64,000 nucleotides of DNA. It comes from an uncultured Chlamydiae bacterium. Lineage in GTDB: Bacteria > Chlamydiota > Chlamydiia > Chlamydiales > Parachlamydiaceae. Made by a program: the position numbers and the translations under genes. The notes beneath the pieces are model-generated. The model made no database searches, was not told the DNA's origin, and saw only the letters and a list, made by a program, of their open reading frames with translations. The DNA is taken from assembly GCA_963830365.1 (NCBI GenBank), contig CAWHMU010000042.1, positions 1 to 64,000 on the forward strand, in the 5' to 3' direction. Numbering within the stretch: position 1 is the stretch's first letter; each line of letters opens with the position of its first letter. This document shows positions 50,474 through 60,201 of this stretch, in pieces.

Positions 50474-50536
50474 CTCCGTGCTCTCTGTGCCTCTGTGTTT
50501 GATTTTTTGAAACACAGAGGCACAGAGAACACGGAG
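50474..50536. repeat. CACAGAGGCACAGAG-type hairpin
   Basis: CTCCGTGCTCTCTGTGCCTCTGTGTTT-N9-AAACACAGAGGCACAGAGAACACGGAG; same motif as the family-E interior. Confidence 0.85.
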
Positions 50537-50592
50537 AGAATAGGATCACATGACCGAAAGTTTTCCTGTGAAGGTGAACATAGCCCTTTTTC

Positions 50593-51996
50593 TCAAACGT
50601 GGGATTGTTTCCGTTTTCCCTCGTGATCCCATAAAGGACGAATCTGATGTTTGTCTGCTAGCCGTCCGAGATGCTTAATGCCCGCATACCAGGTGTAAGC
50701 GGTGGCAAGTAGATGGAAGACCAATAAGGTTACGATCAGGCGCAGGACGTTTAACCCCCTGCGCCGCCAGCGTTGGGCCATCTGGGAAGGCTGCAATTTG
50801 ATGACGACAGAATCTTTATGGGTGGAGAACATGTCCGCGTGGGCCATAACGCCTTTGCGGGATTTGCGTCCTAGAATTTCGTAGTATTTGACGCCGGCAG
50901 GGGCCTCCTTACCAAAAAAAGGCACGGGGTCATTTTTCTGGCAAAAGAAGTTGAATGCCGGTTTGTATTCTTCGGGCAATTTATCCAGCTGTTTGAGCTT
51001 GGCCAAGGCCTTTTCTGAGAAACCGGGTGAGCCGTAAGCCATCACCTTTGACACATGATAGGAAAAATCGAGCGCCGTTTTCCAGGCCAGGGCTCCGCCC
51101 AGGCTTTTTCCATAAATGATACTTTTTTGGCCTGTTTTTTCAACTTGAGCATCCAGGAAGGCCTTTATTTTGTTTTTTCCGATTTTAAAGGCATAGGAGC
51201 CTACCGAAGCAAAGGGGTTAAGATCAGTGAGCAGGCTGAGGCCGAAGCCTTCATCGCTGGGGTAGGTGGTGCCTTTGAAGAGCAGCAGGGGAGGAGCCTT
51301 CTTATCGTTAATTTGCGGTTTTAAACCATAGGCGACAAGCGGGGATCCGAACGCTTTGGGCGTCAATTCGATGCGTTCGACTTCGTAGTTGATAAGTTGC
51401 CACTTGCCGTCAATTTGCATGGGAACTTGCAAAGCATCGCCATCTATTGGTCTTAGGAAGGGGACGAGGGCCAGCAGTTCGCCAACTACAATTTCCATGT
51501 GAAAGGATTCTTCTGAGCTGAGGGTCTTGCTATTGATTTCCGTGAACATTTCAGAAAAAACTTGCCTGATGAGCTGCTTTGCTTGATCTAAAATTGCTTC
51601 ATCCTTTTTCCAAACCACGGCTTTGAAGAGTGCTTTCTTATTTTTAATTTCTTGCATATTGAGAGATTCGCCACGCAATAATCCGAGGACGAGTTTTTGC
51701 GTGGCTGTCGCTGTTTCTTCGATACTTTTGGTTTGTCTCCAAGGGGAATGGCTATGCAGGATCTTAGGGAGGATGGCTTCGAGTGTATTTGCGAGTTCTT
51801 CTTTAGTGAGTTTTTTCGTCTTCCAGGCCGATAGTATGGTTGGATGATCTTTTGTGGTGGTGTGTTTGAGGTGGTTGATGACGGATTTAGCAATATCCTT
51901 GACTTGGGAATCGCGTTCATTAGAGGTCGGTGCTTCTTTAATGTATTCCTTTACAAGCGTTTGTAATAATAGCAGGTTGGTGTCTTCTATTTTCAT
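50593..51996 (-). CDS. Lipase-class-3-like protein with helical N-terminal extension
   Basis: LLFKGT, YGKSLGG, YGSPG, NDPVP, MAH; C-terminal hydrophobic helix. Confidence 0.7.
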   Translation of the reverse strand: MKIEDTNLLLLQTLVKEYIKEAPTSNERDSQVKDIAKSVINHLKHTTTKDHPTILSAWKTKKLTKEELANTLEAILPKILHSHSPWRQTKSIEETATATQKLVLGLLRGESLNMQEIKNKKALFKAVVWKKDEAILDQAKQLIRQVFSEMFTEINSKTLSSEESFHMEIVVGELLALVPFLRPIDGDALQVPMQIDGKWQLINYEVERIELTPKAFGSPLVAYGLKPQINDKKAPPLLLFKGTTYPSDEGFGLSLLTDLNPFASVGSYAFKIGKNKIKAFLDAQVEKTGQKSIIYGKSLGGALAWKTALDFSYHVSKVMAYGSPGFSEKALAKLKQLDKLPEEYKPAFNFFCQKNDPVPFFGKEAPAGVKYYEILGRKSRKGVMAHADMFSTHKDSVVIKLQPSQMAQRWRRRGLNVLRLIVTLLVFHLLATAYTWYAGIKHLGRLADKHQIRPLWDHEGKRKQSHV

Positions 51997-52129
51997 AAAA
52001 AACCATTGGTTTTTGGTTTGCTTTGTTGTTAATTATATGTTTGATTTTATTGTCGTGTCAATAAATGTTTGTTTTTTTTAGTTTATTTAGTTTATTTCGT
52101 TTATTTAGTCGAATAAGTAGCATACATAA

Positions 52130-52364
52130 GGCTCATCATACAAATGAGTAGTTGACAGAGGTGAAAACCCAAAAACCCTAAATGTAGACTTTGGTTGAAC
52201 GGATTGGGGTCAGGCTTGCGATTTGCGATTTGAAAGGAGTCGGGCTCTCTAATGCATTTAGGACTTTCAAATCACAAATCACAAGACCCCAATCCTCAAA
52301 GGCCTGTCACGCTATGAGTTTTTGAGAAGTTATCTCTGCCAAACCCTCATTTGTGTGATGAACC
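52130..52364 (+). mobile_element. Family-D MITE
   Basis: GGCTCATCATACAAA...TTTGTGTGATGAACC, TSD ATACATAA/ATGCATAA. Confidence 0.9.
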
Positions 52365-52514
52365 ATGCATAATTCCAGGTGTTAACTGAGTAGGTTGCAG
52401 TTTATACCATGCCGTGAGCAAATGACAAAATCGATACAGAAATTTGGAAAAATATCTAGAAATTGTGTAGGGTGGAGTTACGACGCTTTTGACACTTTAT
52501 TTTAGGATTTCAAA

Positions 52515-53183
52515 ATGGTTGATATAATCTTTGCCATTAGCGAAGTGATCTTTGTGGTATCATATCTTTGCCGCAGTATGTTGCTGCTGCGCCTCATCAC
52601 CATGCTGGGAAGTACGGGGTATATCACAGGGTCTATTTTGGCGGGTTATGATGCGCCCGGGATGGGAGTGTTGATTGTTTTCAATATAGTGATCATTCTC
52701 GTCAACTTAGTGCAAGCGTATTTTATTATAATTGAAAGATTGCCGGGCATGGTGCCGGAGAATCTTAAGGAGATTTATAAAAAATGCTTCCAATCCCTCA
52801 CGGTTAATGAATTTTTAAAACTGATGAAATTGTCCAAAATAATTAAATCAAAGGCCGGGCGATTCTTAACGACTGCCGGGCAACCGGTACCGGAAATCAT
52901 TCTCATAAAAACCGGTTCGGTAAAGATTTTTAAAAATAATATTTGTGTGACTGAGCTCCCGGAAGGGTTTTTTATTGGCGAAATGAGTTTCTTAACCGGC
53001 GAGCCGGCCAATGCCACCGTCGAAGTCGCCATCGATAACACCGAAAGCGTTCATTGGTATAAAGAGAAATTAAAGAAATTAGCGGATAAAGAGCCTGTTT
53101 TATATGCTAAATTTAAAGATGTTTTGGCCATCAATTTGATCCGCAAAATAGATAAAAAAGTACAGAGTGAATCTGTACCATAG
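52515..53183 (+). CDS. Popeye-like membrane protein with cyclic-nucleotide-binding domain
   Basis: Three N-terminal TM segments (SYL..SMLLLR, VNLVQ), FIGEMSFLTG..ANATV. Confidence 0.8.
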   Translation: MVDIIFAISEVIFVVSYLCRSMLLLRLITMLGSTGYITGSILAGYDAPGMGVLIVFNIVIILVNLVQAYFIIIERLPGMVPENLKEIYKKCFQSLTVNEFLKLMKLSKIIKSKAGRFLTTAGQPVPEIILIKTGSVKIFKNNICVTELPEGFFIGEMSFLTGEPANATVEVAIDNTESVHWYKEKLKKLADKEPVLYAKFKDVLAINLIRKIDKKVQSESVP

Positions 53184-53242
53184 AATTCAATAGCGCTTTA
53201 TGCTATCTTAACATCCCTTTGTTATAATTATGACGAATTTTT

Positions 53243-54556
53243 ATGATTATAGGGGGTATTAGTATGGCGTCTGTTTCAAAAAACACGCGAAGCAATGGCA
53301 TTTTGCCGCCGGAAACGCAGCCTGACACACATATTGGAAAGGTAGGCAAGCCTGCGAAAGCGTGTCATAGACAACCAACGCGCACAAGCATCATCACGAC
53401 CATTGCAGTTGGTGCCATGCTTTGTATCGGCGCCTTGTTTAATTCATCGTTTAATGTTCAGACACCCGGCAAGCCCCCATTTACGGCGTCAAATTGCACG
53501 GCCGTCGCGGCGAGGGCCATAGCGCCTGCGGCCACGACATTGGATGCTTTCCGTATGGAGCCTTCTTGCTTAACGGCTGATGTTTCTGGCAGCCTGCCGG
53601 CGCAGGCTGGAAGCATGCTTATAAAGCCGAGGCATAACGACCATAAGGCCTTGTTCAAATCCCCATTAAGTTTACTGCCGCCTATCAAATGGGCCGCGGC
53701 CCTGCCGGAGCGTTTCACAATCAATTTCCCCCCAGCGGTGCCTTTGTTGGCGGCGGTTGAGTCGGGATTAGCGGCTGATGAGACAGCTGCACCGATAGGA
53801 CATGAAGATGTTTTTTTTGACGCAGCGGCATGCGAGTGCGAGCAGAGAATAAGCAACCAAACGCATGGCAGTGTTGAAGAGTTACCGCCGCTACCGGCTA
53901 ATCAGTCTATAAATGTTTGTGATGGCGAAAATATTAGCCTACTGGGAATAACTGATTCATTTTACCCCTTCACGGCTAAATATTTGAAAAACGTTGCTGC
54001 CACGGCCGCTAATGCAGGCGGTTTTTTAGCTAAAGGTCTTGGCAATATAGCCTGTAAAGTGGCCATTGTGTCAGGCCAGGCTATTGGAGCCGGCTGTAAA
54101 GGCCTTGTAGGTAGTGCCAAGCAAGTACTGGAAAACGGTGTGTGTAATGCGGCGCGCACGTGCAGTGTTTTGTCTCGCGCAGGTCATGCTGTGGTGGGCG
54201 GTATGGGCAATGTAGCATCTAAAGCCGTTTGTGCGGTGGTTAAGGGCCTTCGCCAAGCGCCGCATGATTTTGTTGGTGAGATGCGTAAGGCTGCCCGGCT
54301 GGGCCGTGTTTTATGCAGCGCCGCTAGTTGTGCGGCCGAGGTTGGCCGCACAACAGCGCATATCGCAGGCATGTGCTTAAGTCCGTTGGGCATCGCTGTG
54401 GCTATTGCGGGCAAGGGCATGCAGGAGACGAGCGGACTTGTTAGCCTGGTTGTGGGCAACTCAACGGTATGCGACATCTTTGACGCAGCCGGTCGAGGCG
54501 TGCTTATTTCGGGCGCGCTTGTGAATGCGGTTGGCGATGCCTTAGGTGAAGTATAA
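53243..54556 (+). CDS. Hypothetical Ala/Gly-rich protein with hydrophobic segments
   Basis: 437-aa ORF filling the gap between recognisable genes; no family recognised. Confidence 0.65.
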   Translation: MIIGGISMASVSKNTRSNGILPPETQPDTHIGKVGKPAKACHRQPTRTSIITTIAVGAMLCIGALFNSSFNVQTPGKPPFTASNCTAVAARAIAPAATTLDAFRMEPSCLTADVSGSLPAQAGSMLIKPRHNDHKALFKSPLSLLPPIKWAAALPERFTINFPPAVPLLAAVESGLAADETAAPIGHEDVFFDAAACECEQRISNQTHGSVEELPPLPANQSINVCDGENISLLGITDSFYPFTAKYLKNVAATAANAGGFLAKGLGNIACKVAIVSGQAIGAGCKGLVGSAKQVLENGVCNAARTCSVLSRAGHAVVGGMGNVASKAVCAVVKGLRQAPHDFVGEMRKAARLGRVLCSAASCAAEVGRTTAHIAGMCLSPLGIAVAIAGKGMQETSGLVSLVVGNSTVCDIFDAAGRGVLISGALVNAVGDALGEV

Positions 54557-54584
54557 TCACGGAGCTTGTAAGAAGAGGCAAAAT

Positions 54585-55466
54585 ATGGACAAGGCCTTAT
54601 TGGAAATAGAAATCTATGAGCATCCACCTGCAGGGTTTTTAGCCGAAGTCCAGGTGGCGGCTTGTTATCTTGAGATCGGCGCTAAACTGCTGGTGCTGAA
54701 ACGGTCGGTCGGCAAGCCTGAGCCCGGCAGGTGGGGGGTGCCGGCAGGCAAACTTGAAGCGCATGAGACGCCAATGGATGCCGCCATGCGTGAGTTGTTT
54801 GAGGAGACGGGCATTTCCCTTGAAGGGCCCTCTCAAATTCAGTCCGTGGGAGCGTTATACCTGCGAAAACCTGACGTCGACTACATCTACCACATGTTTA
54901 AAATCGATATAGCGCAAGTTCCGGTTGTTAAGATATCTAATGAGCATCAAGCTTATCAATGGGCTGCTGCCAATGACCTGGAAAAGATGCCATTGATGGC
55001 GGGAGCTAAGGAAGTTTTGCAGGGCTATCAGGCGATGCTTTCCAAGAAAAATGTAGGGCCGGCCACTATGAAGAAAAGATCTTTTCTACAGAACAAGTTG
55101 TGGCGCGACCATGCGGTGGAAAGAATGGAGCAGACAGGCTCTGTGATCCATTGGCAATGCCTTGATGATGCAGGTTACGATAAGCATTTGCGCTTAAAGC
55201 TAATCGAAGAGTCACAAGAAGTCATTGCTGCCCGGACGAAGGAAGAGTTAGGCGCTGAGCTGGCCGACCTTTTAGAAATCATTGAATGCCTCTCCAGCGC
55301 AAACGCCTTGACGATGGAAGAGGTCCATGCCATCAAAAAACTAAAGCAGCAAGAGCGTGGCAGCTTCGTCGGCCGGAAATATGTCACCGTAGCTGAACAC
55401 CTTGATGACAGCTACGGCACGGCGTATTGCCTGGCGGCTCCCGAGAAGTACCCCGAAATTTGTTGA
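54585..55466 (+). CDS. NUDIX hydrolase fused to a MazG/HisE-like NTP pyrophosphohydrolase
   Basis: WGVPAGKLE..ET..AAMRELFEETG; NKLWRD, KLIEE..E, ELADLLE, ERGSF. Confidence 0.85.
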   Translation: MDKALLEIEIYEHPPAGFLAEVQVAACYLEIGAKLLVLKRSVGKPEPGRWGVPAGKLEAHETPMDAAMRELFEETGISLEGPSQIQSVGALYLRKPDVDYIYHMFKIDIAQVPVVKISNEHQAYQWAAANDLEKMPLMAGAKEVLQGYQAMLSKKNVGPATMKKRSFLQNKLWRDHAVERMEQTGSVIHWQCLDDAGYDKHLRLKLIEESQEVIAARTKEELGAELADLLEIIECLSSANALTMEEVHAIKKLKQQERGSFVGRKYVTVAEHLDDSYGTAYCLAAPEKYPEIC

Positions 55467-55468
55467 CA

Positions 55469-56530
55469 TCAGGGCTTTAATGAGGCGATATCGATGACGA
55501 AACGGTATTTGACATCGCTTTTCAGCATCCTTTCATAGGCTTCGTTGATTTTTTGGATGGGGATGATTTCAATATCCGACGTGAGGTGGTGCTGGCCGCA
55601 GAAATCCAGCATCTCTTGTGTTTCTTTGATGCCGCCGATTAGGGAGCCGGCAATTTCCCGGCGCTTAAATATCAAATTGTTGATGTTTGGCGCAGGATGC
55701 GGTGTTGGCGGCGCGCCCACCAGGCACAAGGTCCCGTCGCGTTTAAGCAGCTCTGTATAGGCGTCGAGATTATGCGCGACAGATACGGTGTCAATGATGA
55801 AATCCAAACTATTCAAATGCTTCTGCATATCAGTGCTGTTTTTGGAAAGGACGACCTCATCGGCGCCGAACCGTTTAGCATCGGCTGTTTTGCCAGGAGA
55901 TGTGGTGAATAGTACCACATAGGCTCCCATAGCATGCGCCAGTTTGATGGCCATGTGTCCGAGGCCGCCTAAGCCCACCACGCCCACTTTGCTGCCTTTG
56001 GAGATCTTCCAGTGGCGCAGCGGGGAATAGGTCGTTATGCCGGCACATAGCAGCGGGGCAACGCCTGCCAGATCGTCTTCTTTGAAGGTTTTTGGGATTT
56101 GCAGCACGAACTTTTCGTCCACGGTAATCTGGGTGGAATAGCCGCCATAGGTCACGCTGTTGTCATATTTATCGCGGCTGTTATAAGTAAAAACAACGCC
56201 ATTTTCGCAATATTGTTCCAGATTGTCCTTGCAGCTTGGGCAGGAGTGGCAGGAATCCACCATGCAGCCGACAGCCGCCAAGTCGCCGGTTTTAAAAGCC
56301 TTCACATCTTTGCCGACGGCAGTCACCCTGCCCACGATTTCATGGCCGGGGACGAAAGGGTAGGTCGTGCCCTTCCATTCGTTACGGGCGGTATGCAGGT
56401 CGGAGTGGCAGACACCGCAGTAGAGGATTTCAATCTGGATGTCGTGCGGGCGCGGGTCGCGGCGTTCGAAGTTAAAGGGGGTGAGGGGGGCGGTGGCTTG
56501 TTGGGCGGCATATCCGACAACTTTAGGCAT
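55469..56530 (-). CDS. Zn-dependent NADP alcohol dehydrogenase (cinnamyl-ADH/YahK-like)
   Basis: CGVCHSDLH, PGHEIVG, APLLCAGIT, GLGGLGHMA, DVKYRFVID. Confidence 0.95.
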   Translation of the reverse strand: MPKVVGYAAQQATAPLTPFNFERRDPRPHDIQIEILYCGVCHSDLHTARNEWKGTTYPFVPGHEIVGRVTAVGKDVKAFKTGDLAAVGCMVDSCHSCPSCKDNLEQYCENGVVFTYNSRDKYDNSVTYGGYSTQITVDEKFVLQIPKTFKEDDLAGVAPLLCAGITTYSPLRHWKISKGSKVGVVGLGGLGHMAIKLAHAMGAYVVLFTTSPGKTADAKRFGADEVVLSKNSTDMQKHLNSLDFIIDTVSVAHNLDAYTELLKRDGTLCLVGAPPTPHPAPNINNLIFKRREIAGSLIGGIKETQEMLDFCGQHHLTSDIEIIPIQKINEAYERMLKSDVKYRFVIDIASLKP

Positions 56531-56687
56531 GGATTTTCTCCTGATAGAGGGGTCAAAAAACCTTTACTGTTTAAGGGTCAAGCTAGGATATTAGTGGATT
56601 ATTGTAAACAAGCAACATGCCAAGACTGGTGTCGTGGGTGGCTATCAACAGGAAGTAGCTGTGATGGCTTCGAAGCGTTTATGTACG

Positions 56688-57282
56688 AATTGCGTACCCA
56701 AAATTCAACGCAAAGCGGGACAGTTCCTTCAGTCCCTGTATCGGGAAATAACAAGGCAAGCAGCGAAAAAAGAATAAGATGGCTGTTTCTCCTAAATAAC
56801 AAATTGTATAACGTTTATTATCAATGTGATAAATTCAGCATTATTTCCCGCTATTGAGCATCCATCAAAACATCCCTGACAAAAGCTTGCGTTAGCCGTG
56901 AATACCGTGGAAGCATGTAGCCACAGGTGTGAACCTGTGGTAAGGAGAGCCAAAGACCTCAAGCCGTGGCTACGGCGGCAGCGGCTTTGAGCGCTCTGCC
57001 GCCGTAGCCACGGCTTCTATTTCTTATGAGTTTACCACAGGTTCACACCTGTGGCTACATGCTTCCGCCGTATTCACGGCTGACACAGGTTCAGAAATCC
57101 TGGATGTTTTGTTGGCCGGAATTAAAACCATAGCCTTATATACCAGCAGCTAGCTGCTGGTATGCATCCCTGTCCCTCTTATCAAACAACTTTTAGTGTC
57201 GCCGTGTCGCATTCCATGTTATTTCCCGATAGGGGGCCGAAGGGACTGTCACGCTGTGCGTTGAATTTTTTGTACACAATTT
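56688..57282. repeat. Nested palindrome: GGGACAG-type outer arms around a GTAG-REP doublet (56894-57081)
   Basis: Outer AAAATTCAACGC..GCGGGACAGTTCCTTC..TATCGGGAAATAACA and complement; inner GTAG-CCACAGG-TGTGAA-CCTGTGG pair. Confidence 0.85.
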
Positions 57283-57472
57283 GAACCCAAGCTTACTAGC
57301 AACCACACGCTGTCATGTTTTTTTGCCTGATGCCTAAGCCTCTTCATCCAGCATTGCATTTTATAGTGTTGCGGAAAAATTTGGTTTCCACAATGGTTTC
57401 TCCTATAACGAATGATAAACGACAGCCGGGTTGACAAAATGAGGGCAAGAGCTGCATGGTTCCTCTAAAAAT

Positions 57473-58357
57473 ATGAACAGGGATAAAGAAATGCCATATG
57501 TGGTCGAAGCTGCAAATGCTTCCAATCAAGCTGCGATGTTGCATTTTTTAAGGCAGCACGAAAATTACTCCCTTTTCCTCTTAGGAAACTTTGAAAATTA
57601 TGGCCTGGCGCTGGCAGAGGCGCCATATTCTGGAAATTTTAAGCTCATCCGTTCTGAAGGTGAGGTCGTGGGGGTGTTCTGCCTGACCAGAAAAGGCAGC
57701 CTGCTGATCGAAGCGCCCTCTAAAGAGCCTATTTTCGAGCTGGTGCTGGCCTCCTGCCGCGAGGAGTCGATGCCTATAAAAGGGGTCATCGGAAACTGGG
57801 ATTTATGTCATCCCTTCTGGGAGTTTCTCAAAACCAGGCAGGTGATTAAAAATGAAGCGTTTACGTCGAAGGAAATCCTCTATAGTGTCGATTTATCCGC
57901 GATGTCTTATCACAGCCAGCCTGGGGTGAGGTTTTTGACCGAGGCCGATTACTCCCAATGGAAGCCGCTGCGGCTAGATTATCTCATGGAGCAAGGTCTA
58001 CCCAATGATTTGGGTGATGAGTACTTGTTTAAGCTATATGCAGACAAAGTGAAAAAAAAGATTTCCTGGGGCTTTTTTCTGGAAGGCAAACTTGTCTCGA
58101 TGGCAGATTTGAATGCCAAAGCCTTGGATCTAGGACAAGTAGGCGGTGTCTATACGATTCCAAGCTGTAGGGGCAAGGGGTATGCCAAGGCTGTGATGCA
58201 GCAGTTGCTGGCGGATGCAAAAAGCCTTCATGCCATAAGAAAGATGATAATCTTTACGGGGGAGAATAATCTGGCGGCCCAAAAGTTGTACCATTCTCTT
58301 AGAGTCTCTCACATCGGTTATTTTGCGCTCCTGATTGGAAACGGCACGGGTGCCTGA
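57473..58357 (+). CDS. GNAT acetyltransferase
   Basis: GQVGGVYT..CRGKGYA, NLAAQKLY. Confidence 0.85.
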   Translation: MNRDKEMPYVVEAANASNQAAMLHFLRQHENYSLFLLGNFENYGLALAEAPYSGNFKLIRSEGEVVGVFCLTRKGSLLIEAPSKEPIFELVLASCREESMPIKGVIGNWDLCHPFWEFLKTRQVIKNEAFTSKEILYSVDLSAMSYHSQPGVRFLTEADYSQWKPLRLDYLMEQGLPNDLGDEYLFKLYADKVKKKISWGFFLEGKLVSMADLNAKALDLGQVGGVYTIPSCRGKGYAKAVMQQLLADAKSLHAIRKMIIFTGENNLAAQKLYHSLRVSHIGYFALLIGNGTGA

Positions 58358-58485
58358 CATGCTTCTCTTGAATCTATAATCCTTGCAACGGCAGTTGAGC
58401 ATGTGAAAAGATTGGGTAGGTTTTTCAGGGACAACTGCCGTTTCTAGGATAATACCATCAGTTTAATCCCAACCAAGAAAAAGAA

Positions 58486-58724
58486 GGGTCATCACACAAA
58501 TGAGTGGTTGAAAGAGCTAACATCTCAAAAAAGCATAATGTAGGCTTTGGCTGAACGGATTGAGGTCAGGCTTGCGATTTGCGATTTGAAAGGAGTCGGG
58601 CTTTCTAATGCATTTAGGACTTTCAAATCACAAATCACAAGCCAGACCCCAATCCTCAAAGTCCTTTCACGTCATGAGTTCTTGGGCGGTCATCTCTGTC
58701 AATCATTCGTTTGTGTGATGAACC
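58486..58724 (+). mobile_element. Family-D MITE inserted in a family-C remnant
   Basis: 239 bp, perfect 8-bp TSD AAAAAGAA; joined flanks resemble 24995-25050. Confidence 0.92.
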
Positions 58725-59006
58725 AAAAAGAAGAACCCGTCCCAGGTCAACTCCGAATGTTCATGATACCTGCAGCTGCGACTCCGTTGGTGTGGGCGCT
58801 GGCTGAACGGATTGAGGTCATTTCACTGCATGAGGTGTTGAAAAGTCATCTCTGTCGATGATGCATTTGTGTGTTGAGGGCTTAAATAATTAAATTGACA
58901 ACATTGTTGAATGTGCTATGTTTCGCATTAAGTGATAGTGTTATGCGATATGCAAAACATAGCCTGCATACGCGTCAAGCCCTAGGCCATACCAAACGGA
59001 GGATAT

Positions 59007-59162
59007 ATGTTAGGTACTGTGTTATTGATTATTTTGATTTTACTGCTCATCGGAGCTTTTCCAGCATGGCCGCATAGCTCAGGCTGGGGATATGGTCCTA
59101 GTGGTGCTTTAGGCACGATTTTGATCATTATTATCATCCTGCTTTTATTAGGAAAAATATAA
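59007..59162 (+). CDS. DUF3309-like small membrane protein (51 aa, absent from ORF track)
   Basis: GGAGG RBS; MLGTVLLIILILLLIGAFPAWPHSSGWGYGPSGALG...LLGKI. Confidence 0.9.
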   Translation: MLGTVLLIILILLLIGAFPAWPHSSGWGYGPSGALGTILIIIIILLLLGKI

Positions 59163-59236
59163 AGATCAATCGGCTGCGCTCGAGATCGAGATCGAGCCAG
59201 CCATATTGATATATTTGTTATTAACCGCAAACGAGA

Positions 59237-59821
59237 ATGTGTATGAAATTTTTAAAATCAATGATGCTGGCATCTGCGCTATTAGCCGGTTCAGTCTATG
59301 GTGATGGTTTTGGCTTCAATGTAGGCCCCTTTAACATGCAGTTTTATACAGGTGGCGGTGAATATGTAGCCATCAGCAGGTCTGTGCTGGATAGCCCTGT
59401 TTGCCGGGCCATTTCAAATCAAAAGCGTTTGGAAATCATTATTGAGGTAGCGGAAAACGTCAGCACTAAAGAAAAGAAGATCGTTACGGAAAAACTCATT
59501 GTAGAGCCTTATGCTTTTGGCATCACTAAAGATGGCAAACCGGTGCTGCGCGGTAATGTCGTTGAGGAAAAATTAGTCAGAGAAGTCTCGCTTAAATATG
59601 GTGATGATCAATTTGATGAAACAAGTGTTTCGGCCAAACAAAAAGATAAAGGCTTTTTTTCCGGCCTGTTTAGCTCCGATAAAAGCAAAAATATCGACAT
59701 CCGCAAAGTTGTCGCCGTTAAAGTCATCGAAGACTCTCATTTCGATGCACCAAAGGACTACAAAGGCATAACCGATGACAGTATCCAAGTGCTCTGCCAA
59801 CTGCCTGTAGACAGAAGATAA
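59237..59821 (+). CDS. Exported hypothetical protein, possible WYL-like fold
   Basis: Signal peptide; RAISNQKRL..IVEPYAFG...GKPVLRG. Confidence 0.65.
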   Translation: MCMKFLKSMMLASALLAGSVYGDGFGFNVGPFNMQFYTGGGEYVAISRSVLDSPVCRAISNQKRLEIIIEVAENVSTKEKKIVTEKLIVEPYAFGITKDGKPVLRGNVVEEKLVREVSLKYGDDQFDETSVSAKQKDKGFFSGLFSSDKSKNIDIRKVVAVKVIEDSHFDAPKDYKGITDDSIQVLCQLPVDRR

Positions 59822-59861
59822 GCTGAGACCTGTTCGGTAAAGTTTTTAAATAGGATGTTAT

Positions 59862-60071
59862 ATGCGTGTACTAGGGGTGGTCGTGTTAATCGTGGGGCTG
59901 GTGATTCTAGGTTTTGGACTTAGTTCCACACAAGCTGTCACAGAGCAGGTTATAGAAGGCGTTTCAGGCCGCTATACTGCCAATACCATGTGGTATATTA
60001 TTGGAGGCGTTGCTATGACTCTTGGAGGCATAGCCATAGCCATTTTCGGCGACAACAAAAAGGCGCTTTGA
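59862..60071 (+). CDS. DUF3185-like small membrane protein
   Basis: Two TM helices around EGVSGRYTANTMWYIIGG. Confidence 0.8.
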   Translation: MRVLGVVVLIVGLVILGFGLSSTQAVTEQVIEGVSGRYTANTMWYIIGGVAMTLGGIAIAIFGDNKKAL

Positions 60072-60112
60072 TTGCGCGGCGATCTTGAAGCAAAAAAATA
60101 AGGACAGATATC

Positions 60113-60193
60113 ATGGGGAAAATGCTAGTTTTATGGCTTGTCGGAGTGCCTATTTCTTTGATCATCCTGCTCAAGATCTTTGGAGTCATTTGA
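60113..60193 (+). CDS. 26-aa single-TM small protein (absent from ORF track)
   Basis: TAAGGA RBS; MGKMLVLWLVGVPISLIILLKIFGVI. Confidence 0.6.
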   Translation: MGKMLVLWLVGVPISLIILLKIFGVI

Positions 60194-60201
60194 TGTGCAG
60201 T

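Noticed and set aside
52077..52109. GTTTATTTA x3 tandem repeat
   Set aside because: Short low-complexity AT-rich repeat with no supportable function
5893..58724. Repeats as a CRISPR array
   Set aside because: Copies are dispersed, 200+ bp long with TIRs and TSDs; there is no repeat-spacer periodicity and no cas gene
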